A stretch of 64,000 nucleotides of DNA from Tubiluchus corallicola (lineage: Eukaryota > Animalia > Priapulida), in assembly GCA_030141605.1 (NCBI GenBank), contig JAQGDQ010000591.1:27524-91523 (forward strand). Direction: 5' to 3'. Below the pieces are notes generated by a model. The model was given only the letters and a program-made list of their open reading frames with translations, did no database searches and was not told where the DNA came from. The number at the start of each line of letters is the position of its first letter. Positions within the stretch are counted from its first letter, which is position 1. Shown piece by piece: positions 11,845-25,785 of this stretch. The position numbers were made by a program, and so were the translations under genes.

Positions 11845-12768
11845 CAGTGGTTCTTAATCTGGGGTCCTGGTACCCCCTGGGGGTACCAAACGCAGATTTG
11901 GTTTATCAAAAACTTTGCCATGAGGGCGACTCAAAAAAAGTACACGTCTCAAAGCAAAACAAAGAAGATAAAGTAGTTGAACCCTAGTTCTCAGTAATAA
12001 AATGTTGTCTTAATAATTGTTTTTATTTTTTTATTTGGGTGAGCAGAATCAGTCAATCAATCAATCAATCAATTTAATTTATTTCACTCCAGCAATGCAT
12101 ATACAATACATCAACATACAATATTATTGAAACAAAAAGAAACAGTATAGGTAAAAAAAACGTTGAAGTCAAATTAATCAAATGAAAGAGTTGCTGTATG
12201 ACACATTGAAAGCTTGGCTTGTTAGGGTGGCAGAAATGAGTGAATGAAAGAATGGTTAGGGTAAGACGAAATGATGGAGTGGAAAAATAGTAAGATTAGG
12301 GATAGGAAGAAGGAAGGGAGGGAAGGATGAGTGAAAGAAAGAATGGTTAGGGTCAGAAAAAATGATGGAATGGAAAAAATAGTAAGATTAGGGATAGGAA
12401 GAAGGAAGGGAGGAAAGGACGAGTGAATGAAAGAATGGTTAGGGTCAGAAGAAATGATGGAATGGAAAAAATAGTAAAATTAGGGATAGGAAGAAGGAAG
12501 GGAGGGAAGGATGAGTGAATGAAAGAATGGTTAGGGTCAGAAGAAATGATGGAATGGAAAAAATAGTAAGATTAGGGATAAGAAGAAGGAAGGGAGGGAA
12601 GGATGAGTGAATGAAAGAATGCAAAGCTGTGTTTAAAACCTACTTTGTTTCTATACACATATTTTTTGTGAATTCTACAAGGGGTGCCAGACGACTCTAC
12701 TGCTGCTGCTGCTGCTACTCTGTTCGCCTTCAGGCGGTACCAGGAGTGAAAACTATTAAGAACCACTG
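11845..12768. mobile_element. hAT/Charlie-like MITE carrying a nested insertion
   Basis: TIRs CAGTGGTTCTTAAT / ATTAAGAACCACTG; no clean 8-bp TSD visible. Confidence 0.65.
12047..12620 (-). mobile_element. Family F: LINE/SINE 3' end with ~78-bp purine minisatellite, copy 1
   Basis: Minus strand ends GAAATAAAT-(TTGA)n; same sequence at 28130-28580 and 56430-57050. Confidence 0.75.
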
Positions 12769-13181
12769 AGTAATAAAGAACAAAGAACTACGATATGATA
12801 CCTTATCTTTTCTTACCTTAAACTTACCAAAGTAAAGTTTAGTAATTCACATAACGTTTAGGCGTCACCTCTGCACGCGATACGTGTTGTTTGACAAGAA
12901 AAATCACGACGCCTCTCGCAATTTTTCTCCCCTTTTTCTCCCGTCGCGCAGGTATGCGACTGATCGATAATGATCGCCTTGTCTGTTGTGCCTATTTCAT
13001 TTTTTCTTGCAAAGAATTTCAATTTTTGACAAATTTTGCCATAGAAACTGACGCCATGCTGAAGGAATGTGAAAGATAGATGGACGTAATCGGATCCGAC
13101 CAATCCGAAAGAAATTATTAATGTGTTGTTTACGAGTGGAATAGTGTAAACAATGCCAGTTTCTTTGTAAGTAAGCTTTAA

Positions 13182-13570
13182 AGGAAGACAGGATGATTTT
13201 TCATATACTACCCCATTTTCAAATCCGATAAAAAGTATACATTTTAACACAGTTAATACTGTAAAAGCGTTTCTGGTAATTTAATAATAGATTAAAAACT
13301 TAATTAACGACGGGTAAGCTCAACTACTGATGACATCACAAACTAACATAATTTTCAATAGCAAAAACATTCCACGAGCGTGTTGCACGCGTTTGCGAAA
13401 GGGAAAATTGATGTACAGTGCTACTGTAAGAGGTTCAATGTGTTGTACTAAAACTAGACAAGTTTTAAGATAAAACTTCAAATTTCAAATTTACCGCTGT
13501 GCTCATGCATGTGCTGTTGAATGTGTGTAGTTCGTCACAAACTAACACACCTGTTTTTGTGCAACGCGCT
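13182..13570 (-). mobile_element. Family C TTAA-MITE, partial reverse copy
   Basis: Reverse complement of 21390-21784. Confidence 0.8.
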
Positions 13571-14124
13571 ATGTTAACTATGTATTTTTTCCGTACTTTA
13601 CAACCGATCACCCCAAACTTTAACTTAGAATTTTAATTGTTTATATGCGTTTTTGCAGACAGCAAACGAAGAGCTTATGGGTCTCCAGCGATACAATGTA
13701 TGTTAACTATGTAAACTGTCGTCTTACCCAGCAGTTCACTGAGGTGTTGATTAATACCGTCCTTGACATAGAAGCTTCTTACTGTTCATTGAACGTGGCG
13801 CCGTAAATCCTCTTTAAGTTGCTAAAAACTTTTCAACGCCGAAAAAGAACAGCGTTAATTGAGTTGTCCTAATTGGCAATCATATGTACGCTCTGATAAA
13901 TTAACTGTGTGCACACATACACATCCATGCATACTCCCTCTTATCTTTACTATCTTCGCATGGAAATAACATTTTTCATGCGTAATTAAATTTTGTTATT
14001 TATTAAATCTCATTTATTTCAAAAATAAAATAAATACAAATCCCTCCGTTTGCAGGGTAAGATGTACAATACAAATAATAAATACACTACATACTACAAA
14101 TTGAAGGTCACTGCAAATACACGC

Positions 14125-14432
14125 ACATACATACATACATACATACATGCATACATACGTACATGCATACATACATACATACATACATGCATACATACGT
14201 ACATGCATACATACATACATACATACATACATACATACATACATACATACATACATACATACATACATACATACATACATACATACATACATGCATGCAT
14301 GCATACATACATGCATGCATACATACATACATACATACATACATACATACATACATACATACATACATACATACATACATACATACATACATACATACAT
14401 GCATATATATATATGTGTGTGTGTGTGTGTGT
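14125..14432. repeat. (TACA)n plus (TG)n microsatellite
   Basis: Direct reading. Confidence 0.98.
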
Positions 14433-15989
14433 ATATCTGCAGTGACCTTCAATAAGTAGTATGTAGTGTGTGAGACCTTAAAGCACAAAAAACACTCTTC
14501 CTATATAAAGATTAAAAACATTCATCTTGAAATTCAACATCAATTTACATGCTAACTTATTGCGCACAGAGATTGCGTTAGTTGCAACACTATAAACATG
14601 TAAATTTTAACCCGCGGTGGCCGTAAGGCGTAGCCATTTTAACGGTAAGTCTTTTGAAACAAATTTAGATAACAATGCGTGAAGTTTGAGAAATTCTCAG
14701 AGCATTCGTAGTCCATCCTTCATTAACTAAGCAAAAGTTTAAATTACTTTGTATTGTTAATAATGTGTTTTTGATGAGCCAGTGGTGCACACTGGGAAGG
14801 TGATTCAGTGCTACTTTACCAGGAAACACGAATATTTCAAATTATAAAGAACAAACAACACTCTTCCTAGATAAAGATTTAAAACATTCGTCTTGTGATT
14901 TTTTTTTACAACTTACATGCTGTCTTATTGTATACGGAGCTTGCGTTAGTAGCAACACCACATGCAACTTGTAAATTTAAACTCCCGCCAAGATCGTTAG
15001 ATGCAGCCATTTTGACGAAAAGTCGTTTGAAACTTGTTTACACGACATTGGGTAACGTTTGAAAAAACAGAGCATTCCTAGCGCAAATTTACTAATTAAG
15101 CAAAAGTTTAAATAACTTTTTGCATGTTTTGTCAAGGGAATGAATAATGTGTTTTTGGTGAGTCAGTGGTGCATACTGGGAAGGTGAGTCAGTGACGTTT
15201 TACTAGAATTGATGTTGCGAATATTTTAAATTATAAAGAATTTTCTTTTCTAGTTACATAATTCATTTAAACAGGTAAGCGTGATACTAAGTCATGTAAC
15301 TTTACATGGAACGCTCATGGGGGTATACTTTAAAATTTCTTGCCCTTTAACAAAACCCTGGTTTGTTTATAAAGCCACAATAAGATTAAGTTTTTTCAAT
15401 TCAAACTTACCTGTCTTACCCGTGTTTCGCGTGATACTGCAAGGCCCACGTAGCTCTAAAGAAACCTCCAATGAGCGGCAAGATCAAAGGAATACGCAGT
15501 GTTTGTTCTAGAGTACTGTTTATAGGCATTTTAATGCTTCGCCATTGGCCGACGAGCGGGTAGAACAGAGATGAGAGTTTTTCTTTGAACTTTGCCGTTA
15601 AATTTGACAGGTGGTTTCAAGACGATTACACGTGCGAAAATTAAACCCAATAAAAATGAGATTAATGCTCAAAGAAATGCAGGCAATTTCACTCGACGAT
15701 TAGCGTTGAATTGGGTTGATAAGCATAAAGAAGTGCCAAGGCGAGGCGAAGTGCATCTCTCACTTATCAATAATCTTCTCTTCTTCCGGGAGGAGGCAGT
15801 CCTTTGTCGTACCTTGAGCAAGACGTGGCAAACAAGACCGACAGCAGTACATGACATTTGTACTTCACAGGAAACTTGCTGCATTAATAACCTTCATTTT
15901 AGCGCGCACTTCAATTCTTCTTGTTTAATATCACTGTAAGAAATGTTATACGCACAAATTAGAAAAGCTAATTACAGAATCCGTAAATG

Positions 15990-16728
15990 TATAGGTTTTA
16001 CACGTCAAATGTAGACACAGAAAAGTTCAAATGTGACTCAGGTAAGTCAAATGTAGACATACAATTTCGAATGTGTTTTGGTAATTCAAATGTGACTCAG
16101 GTAAGTCAAATGTAGACATACAATTTCGAATGTGTTTTGGTAATTCAAATGTGACTCAGGTAAGTCAAATGTAGACATACAATTTCGAATGTGTTTTGGT
16201 AATTCAAATGTGACTCAGGTAAGTCAAATGTAGACATACAATTTCGAATGTGTTTTGGTAATTCAAATGTGATTTAGGTAAGTCAAATGTAGACATAGGA
16301 ATTTCGAATGTGTTTTGGTAACTCAACTGTGACGTAGGTAAGTCAAATGTAGATGCATTACTTTGAATAAATCGGTAACTAAGTTATTTAAGCGCAAATT
16401 AGAAAAAGATAAACCAAAGATAGTGCATCTATTAGTAAGCCTATAACGTTGTTATTTTAACTTAGGAGCAATTATTAAATTGAAATTAAAGAAGATTAAA
16501 TTTAACATCCTTAAACTTTACCACCTATCCACATTTGAGATACCAATGTCACATTTGACTTGACATGTGTCTACATTTGACTTACCAAAAACGCTTAAGA
16601 TTTCTTGAAAACCATTGTTAACACATTTGAACTACCTAAGTCTACATTTGAGTTACCAAGACACATTTGAATTACCTAAATCTACATTTGAGTTAACGTA
16701 GGTCTACATTTGACATGTAAAACCTATA
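15990..16728. mobile_element. Foldback-like MITE
   Basis: TIRs TATAGGTTTTACACGTCAAATGTAGAC / GTCTACATTTGACATGTAAAACCTATA; TCAAATGT subrepeats run forward in the left arm and inverted in the right arm. Confidence 0.8.
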
Positions 16729-17037
16729 ATATTGTAGAACTCACTCTGTATGGTGTCTATGTAAAATTGTATAATGTAAAAAGAGGCTAATAAAGACTTA
16801 TCGTCATCATCTAAGTAATTCTCTGAAGTTTTCATTTTCAAACATCAACAAAGGGTTCGTCAAACATAAATTTGCTAATGCAAACTTTCTCCATCTGCTT
16901 CTTTAGTTACCTGTAATGTTAAATGCTATGTCATCTCTCACAGCCCTGCATCTGTCAATTGGCAGATATGGCAGAAGCTTAGAATCCCTTTGCCTCAGCT
17001 TTTTACTAGTTGTAACTCTTTCCTATATACAGTTGCT

Positions 17038-17277
<240 letters not shown>

Positions 17278-17654
17278 CAAAAACCAACAACACAGAATTA
17301 TGACAGACGTGGAATAGGTCGAATTTAACACTTTACCATTTTACTGGGTTAATTAACGCGATTTTGTTTACCAATAAGCTTGCAAGTAAACAAATCAGCA
17401 GATAAACAGTCTAGCCGACAAGCAGTAAATAAACACAAGAACGAGCACGACGTCATAACAAATAAGCAAAAACAAACAGGCAAAATGCCAAGTAAACAAA
17501 CAAATAAACAAACATGAAAGATTAGGAACAACAGAAAAACTTACTTTTGCACGTAGGTACCAATGTTGTTGAAAAATCTAACATTAATTAGACTGTAGGT
17601 GAAAACTGAAAGAAGATTTCTTAGACTTGGTAGTTTACCGAAAGATTCTTTTAA

Positions 17655-18174
17655 AGGAAAGGCCAATCCTTCTAGGAGGTTAGGCTTATTTCAATGTTCC
17701 CCAAAAATGTTAGAAGGATTTAGTAATAAAAATGTGCTAAGCGCTTCGTGTAATTAGTAAAATCACTTTAAAGTCGCGATCACTTCCTGCTTGGCTGCGT
17801 CCATTTTAAATGCCAATTCTTCCGCCAGTGACGTCATTCAGCTACCGAAGAAAAGCGGCGCACTGTCAATTTCTGTCAAAAGTGTAATGTTTATACAAAA
17901 AATTGGATAGCTAATTTTTCCGTCTTCATGCACGAACATTAGGTAAGCTGCAGAAGTTTGAATTAGTTTAAGCAGTACGTTACTTACGGAAAGCCACGAT
18001 GCACAAAGTCCACCAGTTACGTCACAATTTTTCAAGTGAATCAGGACTAGCAAAAATTTTTATACAGCATATAGCATAAATTAACTTTACCCTTTACAGA
18101 CAATTTTTTGCAATTCTAAGTTTAAGTGATAACAGTAAAATAAACCAAACGTACCAAGCGACGTATCATTTCCT
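17655..18174 (+). mobile_element. TTAA-flanked MITE family B (Kolobok-like)
   Basis: TTAA|AGGAAAGG ... TTTCCT|TTAA; reverse copy at ~38085-38611, fragments at 7073-7450 and 26540-26672. Confidence 0.75.
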
Positions 18175-18474
18175 TTAAATTAGCTTCACATAACAATGAG
18201 AGTTCAAGGCTTAAGGCTAATTCTTAACCACCTGACACCTGCGGTTGTGACGGACTAAAGAGTTAAGGATCATAATAGCATTAAAGGTTCTAGTAACTGT
18301 GACAAATAAAAGTAGTTCGGATATCACACCTGCTTTAGTGATATTCACCTTCTCTAGTAATCCAAGTCGCTTAGGATAGAATTACAGCAGACAGAAGTTA
18401 CTTATAGGACTGTCACCTGTTAATACAAAGAGCAATGGTTTTGGCTAAAACGACATTATTATGCTATGTGATGT

Positions 18475-18504
<30 letters not shown>

Positions 18505-18506
<2 letters not shown>

Positions 18507-18918
18507 TCAACAGTCTGTTGTTGATGAAATTTTACAACTCTCGTCGTGTTTTTATACGCTGTTTTGTTTTTATTTATGATTATGTGAATTTACATTAGAA
18601 TTAGTAATTATGTTTATTATAATTGTACTCGCTGTTTTTCATTGTGTATAATGTGTGTAAATTTTTGTTATATATGTGTTCGTTACCTTTTATTATATAT
18701 GTATGTAGTGTTGGATTATAATTTGTAATTATGTCTATTGTATATGATCGTTGTCGTTCAATGTGTCACATGCGTTGGATTCTAATTTATATATACATGT
18801 GAATAGGTTTAATACGCTGTAAATGCTTTTAGAAATTTTAAACATATCCCTGCAAATATAGGGAATGTATTCTGTACATAGTTTTTAAAAATAAAGAATT
18901 ATCATAATAATAATAATC
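18505..18918 (+). mobile_element. LINE 3'UTR remnant
   Basis: Reverse-complement similar to 40230-40635, which is attached to a LINE zinc-knuckle ORF; ends AATAAA-(TAA)n. Confidence 0.7.
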
Positions 18919-18954
18919 CTATTAATTTTCATACGCAGCTATTACGCAGGAGGA

Positions 18955-19268
18955 TAACGCGCAACGCAGGTCAGATAAACGCATGCATTGAGAACAATAT
19001 GAATCGATTTTATCTATTCCGCGTCCCCATAACGCGTAACGCAGGTCAGATAAACGCATGCATTGAAAACAATATGAATCGACTTTATCTATTCCGCGTC
19101 CGCATAACGCGTAACGCAGGTCAGATAAACGCATGCACTGAAAACAATATGAATCGATTTTATCTATTCCGCGTCCCCATAACGCGTAACGCAGGTCAGA
19201 CAAACGCATGCATTGAAAACAATATGAATCGATTTTATCTATTCCGCGTCCCCATAACGCGTAACGCA
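18955..19268. repeat. 75-bp tandem repeat, ~4 copies
   Basis: 25-aa periodicity in the overlapping ORFs. Confidence 0.95.
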
Positions 19269-19831
19269 TTGCGTCTGTCTGGCAAACGCCACTTCGCACA
19301 ATGCATCCACGCAGGGGCCGAACGAAATATGCCCTCATAAATATATTTCCCAGTCATACGAGGGTATTTGCTATAGATCTCCCAGCAGGACCACAAATAA
19401 ATCTTGTATATCAGTAATCTAAATAAACAGTAAATCAAATTTCTTTGACGTCAGATTGAATGAAAAGTTTAAGCAAACGTGTGGGCCTAGAGAAAGTTAT
19501 TTATATGCTTGCGTGTAAAGAGTCGATTGCTCAGGAATATATGAATATTAATTCATTAATTTTGCATTTTTGACGTTTTAATCACTTTGCGTATTGAAGC
19601 GAAAAAATGTTGAAGTAGTTTGTAATTTGTCTGTTTAGCTGCTGTATATATTACCTTTAAAATCATGTGGCAATCTTCTGGTTTAAGCTCTACAATACGT
19701 TTACTTTATGTGTCATATAAAGCATTAAAATATCGCCGTGCCCTTAGGCTCTGAAGCATATATGCTTCTGCATGAGCTACTTTCTATACACCTGTGATTA
19801 TAAAATTTAGGGCATATATAATATCTCCCTT

Positions 19832-20199
<368 letters not shown>

Positions 20200-20569
20200 G
20201 TCTCTTACCTCTTCAATTCTTTCTATCACTCTCTTTTTCTTCCTTTCCATGTCTCTCACTTCTGCCCTTTCCTTCCCTTCCTCTCCTCCATTCAATGCTT
20301 CCCAAACTCTACTGCACTCTTGAACTTGAACTTACTGTAGCAAACACAAATCTGTCTTTCGAATGTTTTTCTTGTAAAGGTTTCCTGTATTGACTAGAGT
20401 TTACCTTGGTTAAAATCCAAACTTTGACTTAATCTTTTTTGTCGAGTATAAAGAAGAGCAAACACAATTTTTCTTAAAACTTTTTTCTCGCCACGGAACA
20501 GTCGATACAGACACGTTTTACAGTTTTTATATAAAGAATTTTGAATCGTTCACGGTACCTAAATAGCTA

Positions 20570-21112
20570 ATAAACTATAGCTTATTTACTGATTATTTTT
20601 GTTTGAATGCTGAGATACATAATTACGGCACACGTTATAGACTTAACTATCACTACATACAGTGCAACACAAATGCTAGAAAATTTTCTATTAAATACAA
20701 TTGCCCTTACATATGGAATTCAATTGCTCCAGCTATTAAAAATGCCAACTCGCTGTCCATATTTAAAAAAAATATAAATTAAACTTACTTGAAACGTACA
20801 ACTGATCACTGAATCATCATTTTTTGTTTTTCATTTTCAAAAACTTCCCCTATATTAGGATAATAATATTTTTATTACTTCCCACCCGTATTTATATTTG
20901 TATATATTGTAATATTGTATCTGTATATATTGTAATTTTTTTCGTAACTAATTCTAGTGGCCTACCATAAGCTAGCTTCTTAGGTCTCTAGCGCAAAATT
21001 CATGAGTTGTATCATATTTTTGTATTAACAAAAACTGATTATCGATGCACATGTAATGTATATCTTTATGGCGAAATAAATCTATTAAATCTAAAAATCT
21101 AATCTAATCTAA
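20570..21112 (+). mobile_element. LINE (L2/Crack-like) 3' remnant
   Basis: HNYGTRYRLNYHYIQCNTNARKFSIKYNCPYIWNSIAPAIKNANSLSIFKK, then 3'UTR, AATAAA and a (TCTAA)n tail. Confidence 0.75.
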
Positions 21113-21162
21113 GAGATTAATAAATGCAACGTTGTCAAGTGTTGATAGTCTGCATCCCTTAA

Positions 21163-21784
21163 TGCAAAGCCGGGCCTATTATTAAACTGTAGATCAAAAC
21201 AATCTACTCTTTAACATATTAAAAGGGAACATACGTTTTTTTTCAAAAATGACTTACGAGAAAGAATTATTACCATATAAAATACAATTTCGCATTTGTG
21301 CCACTAGTTCTTCGCTGTTACCATGCATTTCGCCATACGCCTAGTTAGAAGGGCACTAGCGCCTGCATTTCGGAAACGCATTATACAAAAACAGGTGCTG
21401 CACCTTTCAGTTCGGATGTGTTAGTTTGTGACGAACTACACACGTTCGACAGCTCATGCGTGAGCACAGGGGTAAATTTGAAATTTGAATTTTTATCTTA
21501 AAACTTGCCTAGTTTTAGTACAGCACACTGAATATCTTACAGTAGCACTGTACTTCAATTTTCTCTTTCACAAACACGTGCAACACGCTCGTGGAATATT
21601 TTTGCTGTTGAAAATTATGTTAGTTTGTGATGTCATCAATAGTTGTGCTCGCCCGTCGTTAATTAAGTTTTTCATCTATTATATAATCATCAAAAACGCT
21701 TTTACAGTATTAACTGTGTTAAAATGTATACTTTTTATCGGACTTGAAAATGAGGTAGTATATGAAAAATCATCCTGTCTTCCT
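21163..21784 (+). mobile_element. TTAA-flanked MITE family C (Kolobok-like)
   Basis: Ends AAATCATCCTGTCTTCCT|TTAA. At least seven copies in the window (13.2, 21.2, 22.0, 30.0, 43.6, 45.7, 53.7 kb). Confidence 0.85.
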
Positions 21785-22017
21785 TTAAATGATGTCAGAT
21801 TTTGTTAATTCAGCTAATCATTTAGATGGCGACACTTGTCCTGCAAACACTTACCGATCATATGGTTATGTACACAATGCAAAACATGCCCTGCCACCTG
21901 CTGACAAGAAAAGAGATACATTGTAATCCAGCGTTCTTGTCTAAATCATTATTATAAGAGATCACTATCACATTCTCAAAGTCACATTATCTCTATGTAG
22001 GAATCAATGGTGCTTAA

Positions 22018-22448
22018 AGGAAAACAGGATGATTTTTCATATCGCATCCTATTTTGAAGTACAGGCAAACGAGCTCCTCAACTAGTGACGACATCACAAA
22101 TGAACATAATGAACAACACAAACATTCCGCGAGCGTGTTGCACGTATTTGGAAAGAGAAAATTGAAGTACAACGTTCAGTGCGACATACAAAAAGTTGGC
22201 AAATTGTAGTTTACGCAGGAGATCTCGGACGTGCGCACTACGTCACAACTGAACATCTCTGAACTGAGAGGTACAGCTCAAGTTTTGTGCAGCGCATTTC
22301 CGATATGCAGGAGCTAGTGCTCGTCTAATAGCGAATGGCGAAATGCATGTAAGAGCGACGAACTAGTGGCGCGAACGCGATTGTACGTTTCTGTGGTAAT
22401 AATTCATTCACATAAGTCACTCTTGAAAAAAAAATGCATGTTCCATTT
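22018..22448 (-). mobile_element. Family C reverse copy with internal deletions
   Basis: TTAA|AGGAAAACAGGATGATTTTTCAT start; reverse-complement similarity to the family. Confidence 0.75.
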
Positions 22449-22552
22449 TAACATTTTATAAGGCAGATTCTTTTGAGCTATAGTTCTGTTTACTTTTCAC
22501 AATGTTGATTTTTGTATTTCTTACACTGTATTTTTATTTAGGTGGACAATTG

Positions 22553-22586
22553 CATGAAAATGACCACAACTGGTCGAAACGTACAG
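22553..22586 (+). ncRNA. Degenerate hammerhead-like motif, third family
   Basis: AUGAAAA (two changes from CUGAAGA)-U-GACCA-CAAC-UGGUC-GAAAC-GUA, with AATAAA about 15 nt downstream. Confidence 0.4.
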
Positions 22587-23024
22587 ATGTTTCTGTCTGA
22601 ATAAAAGCCATGTCTTTACTTAAGTTGGTGTTGGTTGTTATTGTCACTTTACAAAATACATTCTTTAATTTTCATTGTAAGTTTTAAGCTAATTCTTCCA
22701 GTTCATCTAAGTGGAAATATGAACGAGATTAGAATGTACGTTTCTGCCAAAGCTAACCCTTTTGGCAGACTAACCCTTTCCCACTTCTCTATCAGGATAC
22801 AAGTTCTTCTTCAATTCTGGCAGCCAAACGAAATGTTATGTACTTCGTTGTGCTATTGTGTAAAACGTGGTTGTTTTGGATAAATTTTGCAATTGTATTT
22901 TGTTAGTTGTGGAAAAATAAATATTGCAGCATTACTGTAAGCTTGAAATTGCTAAAAACTTGCTCTGAACCCAGATAATGGGAATTTCCAAATCGTATAT
23001 ATTAATTTCGCTGGTATATATATA

Positions 23025-23263
<239 letters not shown>

Positions 23264-24404
23264 ATATATATGATTCGAGGCTACAGCTCGGACGACGGCA
23301 CCATTTGTGGCGATCTATGCATCAAACGAAAGGTCTCGATCTAGTGTCGTGCCACTGGGGGTTCATTTTTCGAATCTAGCCCACCGGAACGAACGGGTGG
23401 TGGAAAACATCCAAAATGGCCATTTTTCGCCTGTTTTTGCAAAAAATTGCAAAACTTATACCTCATATTTCTAGAGAACGGGAATGGGCTGGGAGTGGTG
23501 TGAATAATGGTTAGATAGCCCATTCAGCGGTGGGTGTGGAAGGCGTATTTAGAATTCGCGAGAGGACCTCGGTGTCCCGTAACGGACGTTTTCCCGGACA
23601 AAACTCCCGATTTTTTCGAAATTTTGTTCAAACAGCCTATAGAAAAAAACGTTCTAGTGGCGCTTAGTGTGATTCTCGGAAGGAGATACACGGCTCTTGA
23701 GAAAGAGGAAGAACAGGGCTACACGATGATGTGGGCTGCATTTTAGTACACGTCCACCAAGAGGAGCAGCGAGGAGCTAATTAGATGTTCTATTTTTGGC
23801 AATTTTCGCTTCGAAAACTGCTGACGCAAAGCCATTGTTCTGACGTCATCCATTATACTCTGTCTACAACTTTAATTCACTAAAGCTGCTGCTGCTGACT
23901 AGGTAGGATGTTTGCGCATTATTGGTTATAAGTGTATTTATGCGCAAAATTGTTTTGCGGGGCCTTTGCTAGTTTTCTGATATTTTTTATGCAATCATCT
24001 GTTTTGAAGACCCAGATAAATGTGTAACACGTTTTAGATCTTCAAGCAAGTAATGTCTGCGGCTTTCTTAAGACTGAGTCGCTGCTTAAACACTTGAAGA
24101 ATCTTGACTCTCAGACTTGCTATTATGTAAACTAAAGTTTGAGTGCTTGTTGTATAATCAGTTGTGAAACATTGACACGTTTAAACGTCTACAGTGATGG
24201 ATGATGGTAACATTACACTAATCGAAAACAGGTTAGAAACTCGTGTAACTGCAGACGAAAAAGAAAAACAGCTTAGGAAAAAAATCCACTTCATTTTTTT
24301 GTATTTGTGGTAACAGCCTCTTTGACGCTGTCTTCTTCATTCCACGTATCATTCCTAAGTCGTCATTAGTTTGTAATGCAATTTGCAGGTTACAATTAGC
24401 ATAA

Positions 24405-24822
24405 TCATGATAGCCGTCGTCATTGTCATCGTCATCGTCATCGTTACATCATCGGCATCGTCATCGTCGTCGCCGTCATTGTCAACACCATCATCACCGT
24501 CGTCATCATAATCATCAGCATCGTCGTCATAATCGTCATCGTCGTCATAATCGTCGTCGTCGTCGTCATCATCATCATCGTCGTCGTCGTTATCATCATC
24601 ATCATCATCATCATCTATTTTTGCCATCATTATCCTTATGATCACCATCATCATCATCGTCGTCATCGTCGTCATAATCGTCGTCGTCGTCGTCATCATC
24701 ATTATCATCATCATCATTATCATAATCATCATTATCATCCTCATCTATTTTTGCCATCATTATCCTTATGATCACCATCATCATAATCGTCATCATTATC
24801 GTTAGCTTTATCGTCGTCATCG
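24405..24822. repeat. (ATC/GTC)n tract with a duplicated ~35-bp insert
   Basis: ctatttttgccatcattatccttatgatcacc occurs at ~24615 and ~24745. Confidence 0.95.
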
Positions 24823-25572
24823 CTTGTCTCTACCATCTTGTTTTTCGTCCTTTTCTTTTTTCTTCATCATCAACAGCAATAGCATCCGCACAGAAATAAA
24901 AGCGCTGTTGTCATGGTTACGAACAGTTGTATTGCCCTGGCATAAGAATGGGGACTTATGACGTCATTATTATCATAAAGGTGCAAATGGCCGCCTTTAA
25001 TTTCTAGCGAAAGTCCAAAATTTTGTTGGACAATCACAAGTTCAAACACACCCTACGTGATGACAAGACTAGACTTCCTGACCGTTTGCATGGGTTAGTC
25101 TAGTGATTCCAGGTGCGCAGAAGGAGCTGCGCAGATTAAAAAACCGGCATGCGGATGTGCACGAAAACCAAATCAGAGAAATCCCAGAGCATTTTGTTTT
25201 GAAAGCTGTTCTCGACGCCTTATCAGACACGATCAGTGCTTAGGCGCAAGATTGCTACTTTTTAACATCCTCAGTCAAGTAATCACTTGTTGCGCTTAAA
25301 TGGCCGCTGGCTGCTTAACGTGATAAAATCTTTACGGCTTGATTTTCGTATTCGATTTGGCCCTCAATCTGATTTTTGTTGCTCCACCCATGAACTATGT
25401 AGTACAGGGACAGAGGTAGACATACTAGGCTAGCTGTTGGATTTGCATGGATTCCTCTCTTCTGTTAGGAAAGGCTGAAAGGAGCACTTGTTCAGTTTAT
25501 TTGATTACCACACACGCTTCTCGCTTTTCACCGCTGAATGTTTTCGGTAGGCGAGTGTTTTGCACGTAGAAA

Positions 25573-25687
25573 ATGCGGTTAATAATGGAAGCTTTTGTCA
25601 CTGCGTTTCTGCTGTTGACTCGCGATGCGGGTGCAAACGATCTGTCTTTTTCCCGAAAAAAGTTTCTGTCTCCTGACTTTGCACCTT
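25573..25687 (+). CDS. TSPEAR: Probable first coding exon (signal peptide) of TSPEAR-like gene; 3' boundary uncertain
   Basis: ATG at 25573 gives MRLIMEAFVTAFLLLTRDAGA-NDLSFSRKKFLSPDFAP(C): hydrophobic core, AGA cleavage-like site, and FAPC resembling vertebrate TSPEAR WEPC. The only GT donor in the phase needed by the next exon is at 25688. Confidence 0.55.
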
Positions 25688-25785
25688 GTAGGCGGTGGTA
25701 TTTTGACTGATGGATTGACTTGCTCTCACTGTAACCGTGTTTATTTATTGAAATGTACCTACTTATTTAACTACTAAAATATATA

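Noticed and set aside
12858-13250. 130-aa ORF and related ORFs at 21485 and 46780 sharing KSSCLPL
   Set aside because: The similarity comes from non-coding family-C MITE ends.
16020-16350. Regular arrays resembling CRISPR (also 35807, 42647, 52904, 57442)
   Set aside because: Units are head-to-tail without unique spacers, there are no cas genes, and the context is eukaryotic.
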